64,000 nt of DNA. Source: a virus. The notes beneath the pieces were generated by a model. That model was not told the origin of the DNA, did no database searches, and worked only from the letters and a program-made list of their open reading frames with translations. Numbering within the stretch: the stretch's first letter is position 1; the number at the start of each line of letters is the position of its first letter. This document shows positions 52,244-60,714 of the stretch, in pieces. The stretch lies in UHGV virus genome UHGV-1376088; one strand, written 5' to 3'. Position numbers and translations under genes: made by a program.

Positions 52244-52561
52244 ATGAAGTATACCGTAAAGTTATTTGATAGCCATGGCAAAGAGACTGAATATGAGGTC
52301 TCTAGTCTTGACATCGAAACCATTAAGAAAGAGATTGGTTTCGGTGAAGAAGAAGTTGCTATGGCTAAAACTTATATAGATGGGAAGATTGTTTCTACTT
52401 TCCATCTTGGTCAGGATTGGCAATATTATGTAACATATGAATTTATTGATGGGTTGACAGACTCTGATGTAATCTATGTTGTAGAGGGCCAAAATCCTGT
52501 GGCAATCGCAAAACGTGATATGCCGTTCTTAGCCCACGATGTAGACGTTGAAATTCTGTAA
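52244..52561 (+). CDS. 105-aa hypothetical protein
   Basis: GGAG SD; ATG start rather than the upstream GTG. Confidence 0.5.
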   Translation: MKYTVKLFDSHGKETEYEVSSLDIETIKKEIGFGEEEVAMAKTYIDGKIVSTFHLGQDWQYYVTYEFIDGLTDSDVIYVVEGQNPVAIAKRDMPFLAHDVDVEIL

Positions 52562-52567
52562 CCTATG

Positions 52568-52600
52568 GGGCCGATGTGTTTGTGTCGGTCTTTTTACGAG
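52568..52600 (+). promoter_or_regulatory. reiterated element, copy 5, followed by the GGACA-tgt-TGTCC hairpin
   Basis: GTGTCGGTCTTTTTACGAGGGACATGTTGTCC. Confidence 0.6.
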
Positions 52601-52640
52601 GGACATGTTGTCCGAATCTAACCACAATGGAGTGTAAATC

Positions 52641-53000
52641 ATGAAAATCAAGATCGAATTTGCTAAAAAAGAAGTTAAAGCTTTGCAATCTGCGGCTCAG
52701 TCTTTCCGCGACCGTGAAGACGAGTTCAATGCAATGGTAGGTTTGCAAAATAGCCAGCCGGCAACCATCAACAAGAACACCGTTTACTGGGAGAAATCTC
52801 AGAACGAAGACGGCAATGTTGAAGTGTCCTTAGAAATCAACAAAGACTGGGCCGTTAAGGTTATCGATATTTGGACAGAAAACTTCAATGCCGTAATGAA
52901 CTTTGTGTTCGCGGTTACCCCAGCAATTGCATTGTTTGCAGGCCGCATGAAGAAATCTAGCTCTAAACTCAACTCTGTTGTAAAAGAGCTGGTTGAGTAA
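52641..53000 (+). CDS. 119-aa hypothetical protein
   Basis: ORF track; GGAG SD. Confidence 0.5.
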   Translation: MKIKIEFAKKEVKALQSAAQSFRDREDEFNAMVGLQNSQPATINKNTVYWEKSQNEDGNVEVSLEINKDWAVKVIDIWTENFNAVMNFVFAVTPAIALFAGRMKKSSSKLNSVVKELVE

Positions 53001-53011
53001 CGCCATAATGG

Positions 53012-53046
53012 CCGGCACCCCTTAAAGGTGTCGGTTATTTTACGAC
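53012..53046 (+). promoter_or_regulatory. reiterated element, copy 6 (hairpin CCGGCACC/GGTGTCGG plus TTATTTTACGAC)
   Basis: Seen directly. Confidence 0.6.
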
Positions 53047-53077
53047 AATATTTTAACAGCCTTTTATGGAGATAATC

Positions 53078-53374
53078 ATGGCTAAAAAGAACCCTTCTAT
53101 TAACCGCTTTTTGAAACAAATCAGACACTGGGCATACGGCAAGACCGTAGTGTTGAAATCCAGCGTTGGCAAGTTAGAAGCTGAATGGGTTGATATGTAT
53201 GAACATTCGTCCGACAAGAAAATGGACGAAAGTTTAAGCTCTCTGAGCTTCACTAAAATCTATGTTTGTGACACTTCTTTGCCTATGGGGCAGAATGTTA
53301 CAATCTATGAGCTTGAAGATGGAAAATATGTCCACAAGGGTACTACTTATGACCCTTACTTTGAGCTCGTTTAA
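53078..53374 (+). CDS. 98-aa hypothetical protein
   Basis: GGAG SD; trimmed start. Confidence 0.5.
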   Translation: MAKKNPSINRFLKQIRHWAYGKTVVLKSSVGKLEAEWVDMYEHSSDKKMDESLSSLSFTKIYVCDTSLPMGQNVTIYELEDGKYVHKGTTYDPYFELV

Positions 53375-53383
53375 ATAAAAGTT

Positions 53384-53421
53384 ACCGGCACCGATTAGTT
53401 TTGGTGTCGGTTCTTTTGTGG
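53384..53421 (+). promoter_or_regulatory. reiterated element, copy 7, followed by the AGGCA-tgt-TGCCT hairpin
   Basis: ACCGGCACC...GGTGTCGGTTCTTTTGTGGAAAGGCATGTTGCCT. Confidence 0.6.
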
Positions 53422-53450
53422 AAAGGCATGTTGCCTTGTTGGAGTCCAAA

Positions 53451-54443
53451 ATGGAAATCAAATCCCAAAAGCAGGCAAAGAAAGTCCTGCTTCAATTGCA
53501 AGGGGAGCTTCATAAGTTGGAGCTCCAATATCAGAAACTCAATGGCATTCATAAAAACGCCGTTGAAAAGAAAATTACAGAGACCGCCGCGCTTTGGATG
53601 TCGGTCTTGGGTGAAGCCACACATAAAGGCTTCGTGGAAAATAATGGTGTTACGGTCACCATCTCTGGAACCGAGCTCAAAAATCCAGAGAAAATTGGAC
53701 CAGTTACATTGTCTGTGTTTAAACGCGCAGAAGAGCTGTCCAAAACCGAACCGGGGCCTGAAATCGAAATCAAGCCCGAACCCCAATCTGAAACTTTAGC
53801 TAAAGGAAATATCATCATGACTCAAAATACTCAAACTATCGCTCAAATTATTGCCGGTGCAGAAGCAAAATTCGCAAATATCGACAAGTTCAATGTTGCC
53901 GTGGAGGACATTAAGTCCGAAATGTTGGCATTTGAGGGTGACGAAGTGACCCCAGAACTGTTGAAGAATGTGGGAGAATACCTCACCGCGCTGGTTAAAT
54001 ATAACCGAACCACTGACGCAACAGGTGTCTCCACACTGACCGCCGAAAAAGCAGCGTTGAATGAAGCTGCTAACCAGTTCTATGAGGGACTGGGTGAAGT
54101 AGACGAAGAAACGTCTGCGAAATTCAGCAAGTTGCTGTCCGATATCGTCAAAAATACTGACGAAGAAGACAAAGAGGGTTGGACCCATAAGATTTGGGTT
54201 GGTTGCAAAACTGGCGGCTCGTTCGTATTGGACTTGGCCAAAGGTTTGGTTATGTACATCTATGGCGGTGTAATCAAAATCCTTGGTACAGTTCGTGATA
54301 TTGCCGGCTATACCTTAGGTAAAATGCTGTCTATCTTGGACGCAGCAACTACTAAAGACTTTGGACGCAAGTCTAAAGAGGGTGTTATTATGCGTGCAAT
54401 GAAAGAACACGTAGAGGAAGCCAATGCAGCAGCGGCAGCCTGA
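53451..54443 (+). CDS. 330-aa hypothetical protein (coiled-coil N-terminus)
   Basis: GGAG SD 6 nt upstream of the ATG at 53451; the ORF-track extension lacks an SD. Confidence 0.5.
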   Translation: MEIKSQKQAKKVLLQLQGELHKLELQYQKLNGIHKNAVEKKITETAALWMSVLGEATHKGFVENNGVTVTISGTELKNPEKIGPVTLSVFKRAEELSKTEPGPEIEIKPEPQSETLAKGNIIMTQNTQTIAQIIAGAEAKFANIDKFNVAVEDIKSEMLAFEGDEVTPELLKNVGEYLTALVKYNRTTDATGVSTLTAEKAALNEAANQFYEGLGEVDEETSAKFSKLLSDIVKNTDEEDKEGWTHKIWVGCKTGGSFVLDLAKGLVMYIYGGVIKILGTVRDIAGYTLGKMLSILDAATTKDFGRKSKEGVIMRAMKEHVEEANAAAAA

Positions 54444-54723
54444 TAAAATCTACTGTGACGCTCGGTTCGTGGGCGGTAATCGATGGGCTATTGGTTACTG
54501 CTCACTAAATATGGGTGTCAATGGATATAAAATAATTAAGGCTTCTGACAATAATGTAGCCGAACTGGAAGCAATTCGCTTTGCTAAGCAATCTAATCCA
54601 GGTTCTATTATATTGTCTGATAGTCTTAATAGTGTAACTGCGCTTAATGACCCTAGTGTAGCTTACATTGAACGTTCACTTAACTTTGCAGACTCATATT
54701 TGCGAAATGTCCGAGTGAAATAA
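54424..54723 (+). CDS. 99-aa truncated RNase H-like protein
   Basis: IYCDARFVGGNRWAIGY, NNVAELEAIRFA and IILSDSLNSV align with RNase HI catalytic D-E-D blocks; the C-terminal His/Asp region is absent; 20-nt overlap with the upstream gene. Confidence 0.55.
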   Translation: MQQRQPDKIYCDARFVGGNRWAIGYCSLNMGVNGYKIIKASDNNVAELEAIRFAKQSNPGSIILSDSLNSVTALNDPSVAYIERSLNFADSYLRNVRVK

Positions 54724-54726
54724 CGG

Positions 54727-54769
54727 ACACCGGCGCGGCAGAAATTGTCGTGTCGGTGTTTTTATGAGG
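54727..54769 (+). promoter_or_regulatory. reiterated element, copy 8 (hairpin ACACCGGC/GTCGGTGT plus TTTTTATGAGGG)
   Basis: Seen directly; ~110 nt upstream of the 459-aa gene. Confidence 0.6.
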
Positions 54770-54861
54770 GATAGAGCCAACCTCAATAAAAAACAGCTCT
54801 ACGGTCTGAATCTTGACCAAAAGAATCTCAATTTTCAATCAACCTTAAAAGGAAAAATATC

Positions 54862-56241
54862 ATGACTATGAATCAAATCGAAACTGGCAACCTGAACACC
54901 GGCCGTAGCAAATTCCACAGCGTTTCTGGCCAAGTTGCAACTCCAATGGCATCAAGCCGCCGCACCTTTTACGTCTTGGACGCTCGTCCAGATGAAGCAG
55001 AAGCATTGGGCTATCGTGTATTCGTGTACAAACTGATGCATATGATTGCAAATGCCCCTATGTCTCGCGGTAATGGCCGTGCTTGCTGGGTAGCTACCAA
55101 TGCCGACGATGGTGTGCAATACACTGAAGGTATGACTACGAACCAAATCGTAGCAGCCGTCCGTAATGCAAATGCCAATGCAATGGAATTCTTGGACGCT
55201 GGTTTCAACGGTCTGAGCATCCAAAACGGCAAATTGGCACACTTCCCGGTACCAGTAGGTCCAGCATTTGGTCCAGAATGGTATGAGAAAGCAAACGGTT
55301 TGGCACTGAAAGCTCTGAGTCTGTCTAAAGGCTACGAAGCTTTGTTGTCTGGCTCTGCGTTCATCAGCCACGACAAGAACATTGTTACCGCCAACGAAAA
55401 AGACGGCGAGCGTGTTCAGTTCACCGAACAACAGCTGGCCGAAATGATGGCCAAGATTGTAGGTGCATACAAAGCCGAAATCAAACGCCTCGTTGACGCA
55501 GGTGCAATCGCCACTTCGACTGCTATCTATGTTGGTGCAAACGGCCTGAGCCCTTGTATTGTCCCAATTGCAGCAGCCAGCTACAAAGTAAATAGCAACG
55601 GCAAGCAAATTGACGTCCGTACTACACCTCGTGCATACGGCCGTGTCTCTCCAAACTTCTGTCTGACTATTACTGGTCAAGCCGAAATCACCACTTTGGA
55701 GCAAGACGAATTGCATGAAGGCTATTTGGCTGGTGTCCAAGTGACTGAGGGTAACAATCCTACCCAATACTGCCGCAAGTTCGTGAACTTCAAGGACAGC
55801 CGTGGCAACGATATTACTGTACGTGCAGTAATGTACAGCAACGGTAATAACGGCCGTGGACAAACCCGCGCCGAAGCCTTTGAAAATGTCAGCACCAACG
55901 CCGATGAAATCATGTTCACCGAGAACAATGTGTTAGGCTTTGAAAGCCGCACTCCTCGTGAAGACGATGAAACCGGTCAACCATGGGTAGTTACAGCACG
56001 TGTAACCATGGACGGTTATATTGTTAGCCGTAACGAAGCAGGTAGCACTGCTGTTGTTGCAGACATTGACGTTGACGCACTCGATGTAGACGGTCTGGAC
56101 TTGGGCGACGTGGACATCTTCGCAGATACTGCTAAAGTAGAAGCTGAGAAACCTGCTGCAGCCAAAGAAACCAAACGCACTCGTCGTGGTCAAGCTCAAC
56201 AAGCTCCGGCTAACGAAGAGAGCGACGATACTCCGTTCTAA
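54862..56241 (+). CDS. 459-aa highly codon-optimized protein of unknown function (acidic C-terminal tail)
   Basis: ORF track; AAGGA SD; E. coli-optimal codons throughout; followed by a strong terminator. Confidence 0.65.
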   Translation: MTMNQIETGNLNTGRSKFHSVSGQVATPMASSRRTFYVLDARPDEAEALGYRVFVYKLMHMIANAPMSRGNGRACWVATNADDGVQYTEGMTTNQIVAAVRNANANAMEFLDAGFNGLSIQNGKLAHFPVPVGPAFGPEWYEKANGLALKALSLSKGYEALLSGSAFISHDKNIVTANEKDGERVQFTEQQLAEMMAKIVGAYKAEIKRLVDAGAIATSTAIYVGANGLSPCIVPIAAASYKVNSNGKQIDVRTTPRAYGRVSPNFCLTITGQAEITTLEQDELHEGYLAGVQVTEGNNPTQYCRKFVNFKDSRGNDITVRAVMYSNGNNGRGQTRAEAFENVSTNADEIMFTENNVLGFESRTPREDDETGQPWVVTARVTMDGYIVSRNEAGSTAVVADIDVDALDVDGLDLGDVDIFADTAKVEAEKPAAAKETKRTRRGQAQQAPANEESDDTPF

Positions 56242-56296
56242 TAGAGCCAGATACGGGCGAGCGTAAGCGAGCCCCTATTTGAAGTCCACTTGAATG

Positions 56297-56330
56297 CTGG
56301 TGTGCATGTATTTGTGCACCAGTATTTTTT
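56297..56330 (+). terminator. rho-independent terminator after the 459-aa gene
   Basis: CTGGTGTGCA-tgtatt-TGTGCACCAG (10 bp, two G:U pairs) plus TATTTTTTG. Confidence 0.7.
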
Positions 56331-56341
56331 GTCTTTTATGA

Positions 56342-56377
56342 CTGGTTGACGTGTTGTGTCGGTCCCTTTTTATAGGG
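56342..56377 (+). promoter_or_regulatory. reiterated element, copy 9 (no ORF downstream)
   Basis: GTGTCGGTCCCTTTTTATAGGG; the TGACTGGTTGAC direct repeat is present at 56340 and 56396. Confidence 0.5.
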
Positions 56378-56480
56378 ATTTAGCTTTCAAATGATTGACT
56401 GGTTGACTGTGTTTTTGATGTGTATACGGACATACAATATAGACGGGCGCGGCTATCTTTGTGCTGGATAACAGCCCAAA

Positions 56481-56510
56481 CAGCTATAATAGTGTCGGTT
56501 ATACTACGGT
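56481..56510 (+). promoter_or_regulatory. reiterated element, copy 10 (TATAAT-AGTGTCGGTTATACTACGGT; no ORF downstream)
   Basis: Seen directly. Confidence 0.5.
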
Positions 56511-56535
56511 ACGTGTAATATATTAATGAACAGCT

Positions 56536-56920
56536 TAAAACGTTTTATATGGCTAAGGGAGCAACCTTATCTAAGTTGTTGATTTATATAGATACAGGAT
56601 ATTCGTTCAAAAGTAAACAATAGGCTAAAATTAAGCCTAAAATAGAGGTATCTAGCGCCGCAGAAAGGCTAATATAGGCAAGAATCATAGCAATAGAGCT
56701 TATATAATAGATAGTATAAGCTAAAATAGGTCTATAATGGACATATAGGCATATAATAGAGGCATGTAATATATTAATAATAGGCCCAGATGTGCTTTAT
56801 ATTCCTTGGGAGCATTTTATACTAAGTCCTTGATTTATATAGAGGCAAGATATTTGTTCAGGAATGAACAATAGGCTAAAATATGGTCCGATTTAAGCAA
56901 AAATATACAATATAACCGTA
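56536..56920 (+). repeat. two ~75%-identical direct repeats of about 120 bp (56536-56660 and 56795-56920) in an A-rich, ATAGG/TATAG word-rich, iteron-like tract
   Basis: Both copies share GGGAGCA...TAAGT..TTGATTTATATAGA..GATATT..GTTCA..AACAATAGGCTAAAAT. Confidence 0.6.
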
Positions 56921-56995
56921 AAAATAGGTCATTTTGCATGAAAAGTGGCTTCAAATGAGAATAATTCCTAAAGTATCATTTTCTCCTATAGCGGA

Positions 56996-57030
56996 TACCG
57001 ACCTCTGAAAAGTGTCGGTTATTTTACGGT
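56996..57030 (+). promoter_or_regulatory. reiterated element, copy 11 (hairpin ACCGAC/GTCGGT plus TATTTTACGGT; no ORF downstream)
   Basis: Followed by the direct repeat GTCAATATAGACAG (x2) and the palindromic GGACGGGCGCGTCC. Confidence 0.55.
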
Positions 57031-57100
57031 GAATATAGTCTAAGCAGTCAATATAGACAGTAATAGACGGTCAATATAGACAGGACGGGCGCGTCCTTGT

Positions 57101-57250
57101 ATTGATTAAAAGCATAAATAACACCAATAAAACCACCAATACAAACATCACAAGCACAAACAATAATACTACTACAATAGGTAATACAATACATACTATA
57201 TACAAGTATAGCAGGTATAATAAGCACAAATCCAATGCAACTATATAGGC
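57101..57250 (+). repeat. A/C-rich (about 80% A+C) low-complexity tract
   Basis: aaaccaccaatacaaacatcacaagcacaaacaataatactactacaatagg... Confidence 0.6.
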
Positions 57251-57529
57251 TAAGGTGTATCTATATGTGCATAAGATACGGGCTGTAGTCCAGGTACCGC
57301 AGACTATATTAAGTGCATTCATCTATTATTGTCTCTATTGGTCAAATCTTAGAGACAAGGGTTTGATGGACTGGACTTCCAGGTAATTTAGCCTATATTG
57401 TTGTAATACGGTCCGTATTTTAGGTAATGCAGTCTATATTAAAATGTCTAGACCTGTAAACAAGTGTCCAGACGTATATTTGGTTTATATAAGTGCAAAC
57501 CTATAAATAGGTGTCTAAGTTCTTATTAA

Positions 57530-57900
57530 TAGTTATATCTGTATTAGAGTCTATATTGGTACTTATGTATTTGTGTGCATAAGTTCTTATATGTTCTTTA
57601 TGCTTCTATTGGTATATTTGTTTTTTATTGTATTGGATTCTATTCTATTTTTATTTTATATGGGAGTGTATTTGTATTTATGGTTGAGTCTATTTTGTTT
57701 TGGTTTGTTGTTTATTTTTTAGTTGTTATATTCTTTATGTTTGTATTTGCTTTTAAGGATTGTTCTGATGAATGAATATGGTTGGGTTGTTGCTTTTGTT
57801 GTTTGTATTTTGTTTATTATTGCTTTTATGGATGTTTGATTTTTGCATCTATCTTTGTTTTTGAAGTTTTTTATTTTGGTTATTTTGGCCAATAAAAGAA
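57530..57900 (+). repeat. C-depleted T/G-rich (about 80% T+G) 370-nt tract
   Basis: ttgttttttattgtattggattctattctatttttattttatatgggagtgtatttgtatttatggttgag...; about 300 nt downstream of the A/C-rich tract on the same strand. Confidence 0.6.
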
Positions 57901-57905
57901 TAATG

Positions 57906-57930
57906 GGCCCGGCGGGCCTTGTTTTATGTT
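57906..57930 (+). terminator. rho-independent terminator closing the noncoding locus
   Basis: GGCCC-ggc-GGGCC plus TTGTTTTATGTT. Confidence 0.6.
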
Positions 57931-57961
57931 GCACTAACCGTTTTTAAGCCCCTATGAAAAA

Positions 57962-57987
57962 TCGATTTAGTGTCGGTTTTTCTATGG
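57962..57987 (+). promoter_or_regulatory. reiterated element, copy 12
   Basis: AGTGTCGGTTTTTCTATGG; ATG of the 113-aa gene 33 nt downstream. Confidence 0.55.
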
Positions 57988-58010
57988 TAAATATTATATA
58001 GGGAGTTATC

Positions 58011-58352
58011 ATGATTTCTATGATATTGTTTGGCTCTGCTATTACTTCTTTAGCTATATTGTCTATTCTTGCTAAGAGTAATGTAGACCTTTTATATAAG
58101 GTTTTGGGTTATGAAGCCTATGTAGATCTTTGTTTTTCCTTGATTATTGGTTTTGCTTGTGGTATTAGTGGTACTATGTCCGGCTTTGTTATCGGCGCGG
58201 CGACCGGTCTTATCTTTGGTACTTGCCTGTTCCTTCTGAAGAAGATGATCGGCTATAAAAAGTATGAAAATAAGACTTGGGTTTACTATCCTGCTAAGTG
58301 GCCTATTGGTGATTTATTCAAAAATATGTATTCTAAGTATGAATACATCTAA
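58011..58352 (+). CDS. 113-aa integral membrane protein (2-3 TM helices)
   Basis: GGGAG SD; hydrophobic segments. Confidence 0.55.
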   Translation: MISMILFGSAITSLAILSILAKSNVDLLYKVLGYEAYVDLCFSLIIGFACGISGTMSGFVIGAATGLIFGTCLFLLKKMIGYKKYENKTWVYYPAKWPIGDLFKNMYSKYEYI

Positions 58353-58468
58353 ATGGCTATTTATTAAAGCCTTATTACGCAGGCATTATTATTTATGTCA
58401 TTTTTGCTATTACGATTCTTGTTTGAATAGCTAAAATTGATCATTATAGTTATTTTGGAGTTACATTT

Positions 58469-58744
58469 ATGGGCTTTTTAAAATCTCGTTTTAATCTTAT
58501 TGCGGCGCGTCTGTTCTACAATAAACAGGGGCGTCTTTCAATATTTAAGGTTTGTGCTGTATTAGGCATCTCTGCTGTCTGCTTTGTGTATAATGCAACA
58601 TTTGCATCCCTTGTAACAGGATTAGTGGTATTGATCGGATGTGTCTGGGTTATTACTCCTGTAGTAACATCTCTGTTTCCTAGTTTTGGAGACGAAGAGT
58701 GTGAAGTAATTGAATCCGAAACTGTTGATCCTTACACCAACTAG
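58469..58744 (+). CDS. 91-aa membrane protein
   Basis: ORF track; two hydrophobic helices. Confidence 0.5.
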   Translation: MGFLKSRFNLIAARLFYNKQGRLSIFKVCAVLGISAVCFVYNATFASLVTGLVVLIGCVWVITPVVTSLFPSFGDEECEVIESETVDPYTN

Positions 58745-58755
58745 GGAGGTTCCAA

Positions 58756-59238
58756 ATGGTTCCTTTGAATCTGTTTTCTACCTTGTTTAATCCCTCTTTA
58801 GAGTCCCTTGATTGGGACTCTGATTTAGGGAAAGAATGTATTTCTGCTGCTGAAGACTTTATTGATCAATTAGCTAATGCGGATTCTATTCGATCTCTTC
58901 GTGGCGATCCTATTTTTGATTCTATGATGGAATATGCTTCTAAGAATTATGACGCAAAAACCCTTTATGGTAATCTTAATTGGTTCTTAACGGATCTTGA
59001 GCAGAACCTCGCAATTCCATTGCACATTGACAGAATAAGTGATAATAAGGGTGATCCATACATCCGATATACATTTATGTCTGTCAAAATGCCGTATGTT
59101 ATTTCCTGGGTGCGTAATTTTCATGATCGACTGTATGTTAGTATTCATACCCCTAAGTTTATTAGTGGTGTAGAGATGAACATTTGTCGCAATGGTGAAA
59201 TCATAAAGGAAGAGCCATATGCTGGGATTCTTGTTTGA
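58756..59238 (+). CDS. 160-aa hypothetical protein
   Basis: ORF track; GGAGG SD (CTAGGGAGGTTCCAAATG). Confidence 0.55.
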   Translation: MVPLNLFSTLFNPSLESLDWDSDLGKECISAAEDFIDQLANADSIRSLRGDPIFDSMMEYASKNYDAKTLYGNLNWFLTDLEQNLAIPLHIDRISDNKGDPYIRYTFMSVKMPYVISWVRNFHDRLYVSIHTPKFISGVEMNICRNGEIIKEEPYAGILV

Positions 59239-59395
59239 CCTTGTAAAAATGGCAGCGTTCTTGCCTGTATTATTAGTTGGCGCGGTATGCTTCATGTTTT
59301 ATTTGGTAGCTGTTTGCATCTTTACGTTACCTGTTATTGCGGCATATTTAGTGCAAAGGTTATTTGCCGGCTGTATTAATGCTTTAAAGGCTTAG
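59219..59395 (+). CDS. 58-aa hydrophobic peptide (2 TM)
   Basis: AAGGAAGAG SD; overlaps the end of the 160-aa gene out of frame; not in the ORF track (below 60 aa). Confidence 0.4.
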   Translation: MLGFLFDLVKMAAFLPVLLVGAVCFMFYLVAVCIFTLPVIAAYLVQRLFAGCINALKA

Positions 59396-59406
59396 AAAGG
59401 CTTATC

Positions 59407-59685
59407 ATGTTCGTATTCGGAAGCGTATGGGACTACTTCGTTTATAACGCCATCACAAATCATTCTACAGGAATCTTATATATTATCTTCCTTGCAGTAT
59501 ATATAGGATTTATCCTTGCAAATTTAAATAAATACGTCTTTAAAATCAAGTATCTGCGTAAATTGGAAAGAAGCGGGCCGTTTCATGTTTTGCTGTTCTT
59601 CATTTCTGTTTTATTAGCTCACTTTGCAACTATTTACACAGGAAAGACCGTAGTTTATTTAATAGAAAAATTCCAGCTTTACTGA
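59407..59685 (+). CDS. 92-aa membrane protein
   Basis: ORF track; hydrophobic helices. Confidence 0.5.
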   Translation: MFVFGSVWDYFVYNAITNHSTGILYIIFLAVYIGFILANLNKYVFKIKYLRKLERSGPFHVLLFFISVLLAHFATIYTGKTVVYLIEKFQLY

Positions 59686-59700
59686 AAGCTTTGCATTTTG
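59675..59700 (+). terminator. rho-independent terminator
   Basis: AGCTTT-actg-AAAGCT plus TTGCATTTTG. Confidence 0.5.
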
Positions 59701-59701
59701 G

Positions 59702-59736
59702 AAAACCGATATTATAAAGTGTCGGTTTTCTTTTGG
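59702..59736 (+). promoter_or_regulatory. reiterated element, copy 13 (perfect hairpin AAAACCGA/TCGGTTTT plus CTTTTGG)
   Basis: Seen directly, immediately after a separate terminator. Confidence 0.6.
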
Positions 59737-59764
59737 ATGTTTTAATGTTTATGAAAGGTAAACA

Positions 59765-60202
59765 GTGGATACTAAGATTTTTGATTATGGCGAGTATTAT
59801 TATATCGTAAAGTATAAGCTCCAAACTGGAGAGATTCGCTATGCTATGTTTAAAGAAGATGCGCCAGAAGAATATTGCCTCGAATTAATTACAGATATCA
59901 GCGGACCTATTGAATCTTTTGAATTTATTTATGTTGAAGATACCCTCAAAGATCTTCCCCCTGATAATTATGAAGACGGTTGTGATATTGCGGATATCTT
60001 TGTTGTCGAAGCAATTAATAATGGCATCAAAGAGGGTGCCATAGTGAGTTTCGGCGAATATGAAGGCTCTCGTAAATTCTATAAAGTGTATCTGAAAGGC
60101 GAATTGCCAGATACGGACGAGAAGTTAACGGTCGTTAACCTTGAAGAGTGGCATAAAGCGCATCTCGAATGGCTTGACAGCTTTAATCCTACGTATCGAT
60201 AA
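59765..60202 (+). CDS. 145-aa acidic hypothetical protein
   Basis: ORF track (GTG start). Confidence 0.5.
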   Translation: MDTKIFDYGEYYYIVKYKLQTGEIRYAMFKEDAPEEYCLELITDISGPIESFEFIYVEDTLKDLPPDNYEDGCDIADIFVVEAINNGIKEGAIVSFGEYEGSRKFYKVYLKGELPDTDEKLTVVNLEEWHKAHLEWLDSFNPTYR

Positions 60203-60382
60203 ATATATCTGACGCCCTTTAGATAGGGTGTCTGTATATTAATGGAGCAATAAGAGCTCCTTCCTAGTATGATTCGACGCTAGACGTTGAATGGAGCCAA
60301 TGATTTAGTCACAAAGGCTAGTAGCTGAAATGCTATTTCTGACTTGGGATGACGACCCGCCCCTGTGAATGTGTCTGACTCT

Positions 60383-60418
60383 TGCCTGCGGAGTATAAAC
60401 GCAGGCATCCTATTTTAT
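60383..60418 (+). terminator. rho-independent terminator
   Basis: TGCCTGCG-gagtataaa-CGCAGGCA plus TCCTATTTTAT. Confidence 0.65.
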
Positions 60419-60431
60419 CACGAGGTTCAAT

Positions 60432-60686
60432 ATGACCAGTATCGATATTGTTTTTATATATATTATAATCTTAATTGCAGTTTATATTTTTGGAGCTACA
60501 TTTATTGTACGTTCATACCCTTCAAATTCTATGAATTTAGAAGAAGAACATCGCATTAAGATTTTAGACTCTCAATTAGATATGCTATTAATTGTGGCTT
60601 CGGCCTGGCCTGTAGCATTGGTAATTGTCCCTATTTATTTTATTATTAAAGGCTTAAAATCTGTAATTTACAGACTAATACGCTAA
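60432..60686 (+). CDS. 84-aa membrane protein (2 TM)
   Basis: ORF track; SD-like GAGG upstream. Confidence 0.5.
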   Translation: MTSIDIVFIYIIILIAVYIFGATFIVRSYPSNSMNLEEEHRIKILDSQLDMLLIVASAWPVALVIVPIYFIIKGLKSVIYRLIR

Positions 60687-60714
60687 TTGTTGATCAAAAG
60701 AAAGGTACTTTATA

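Noticed and set aside
54952-55863. 303-aa minus-strand ORF antisense to the 459-aa gene (also 55011-55232, 55722-55952 and 55933-56202)
   Set aside because: It is antisense to a highly codon-optimised gene and has no SD; this is typical of a GC-skewed coding antisense frame.
57071-57775. 83-aa minus-strand and 66-aa + strand hydrophobic ORFs inside the noncoding locus
   Set aside because: They arise from the A/C-rich and T/G-rich low-complexity tracts and have no SD. A tiny membrane peptide cannot be fully excluded.
50631-59736. Reading the reiterated GTGTCGGTT hairpins as ordinary intrinsic terminators only
   Set aside because: Sequence conservation extends past the stem into TTTTAYGR; several copies follow independent terminators; and three have no upstream gene to terminate. 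A terminator role is kept only as part of a dual function.
60203-60431. Possible tRNA (GATTCGA-like T-loop) in the intergenic 60.2-60.4 kb
   Set aside because: No acceptor, D-arm or anticodon-arm pairing can be drawn; no tRNA-like cloverleaf was found here or anywhere else in the window.
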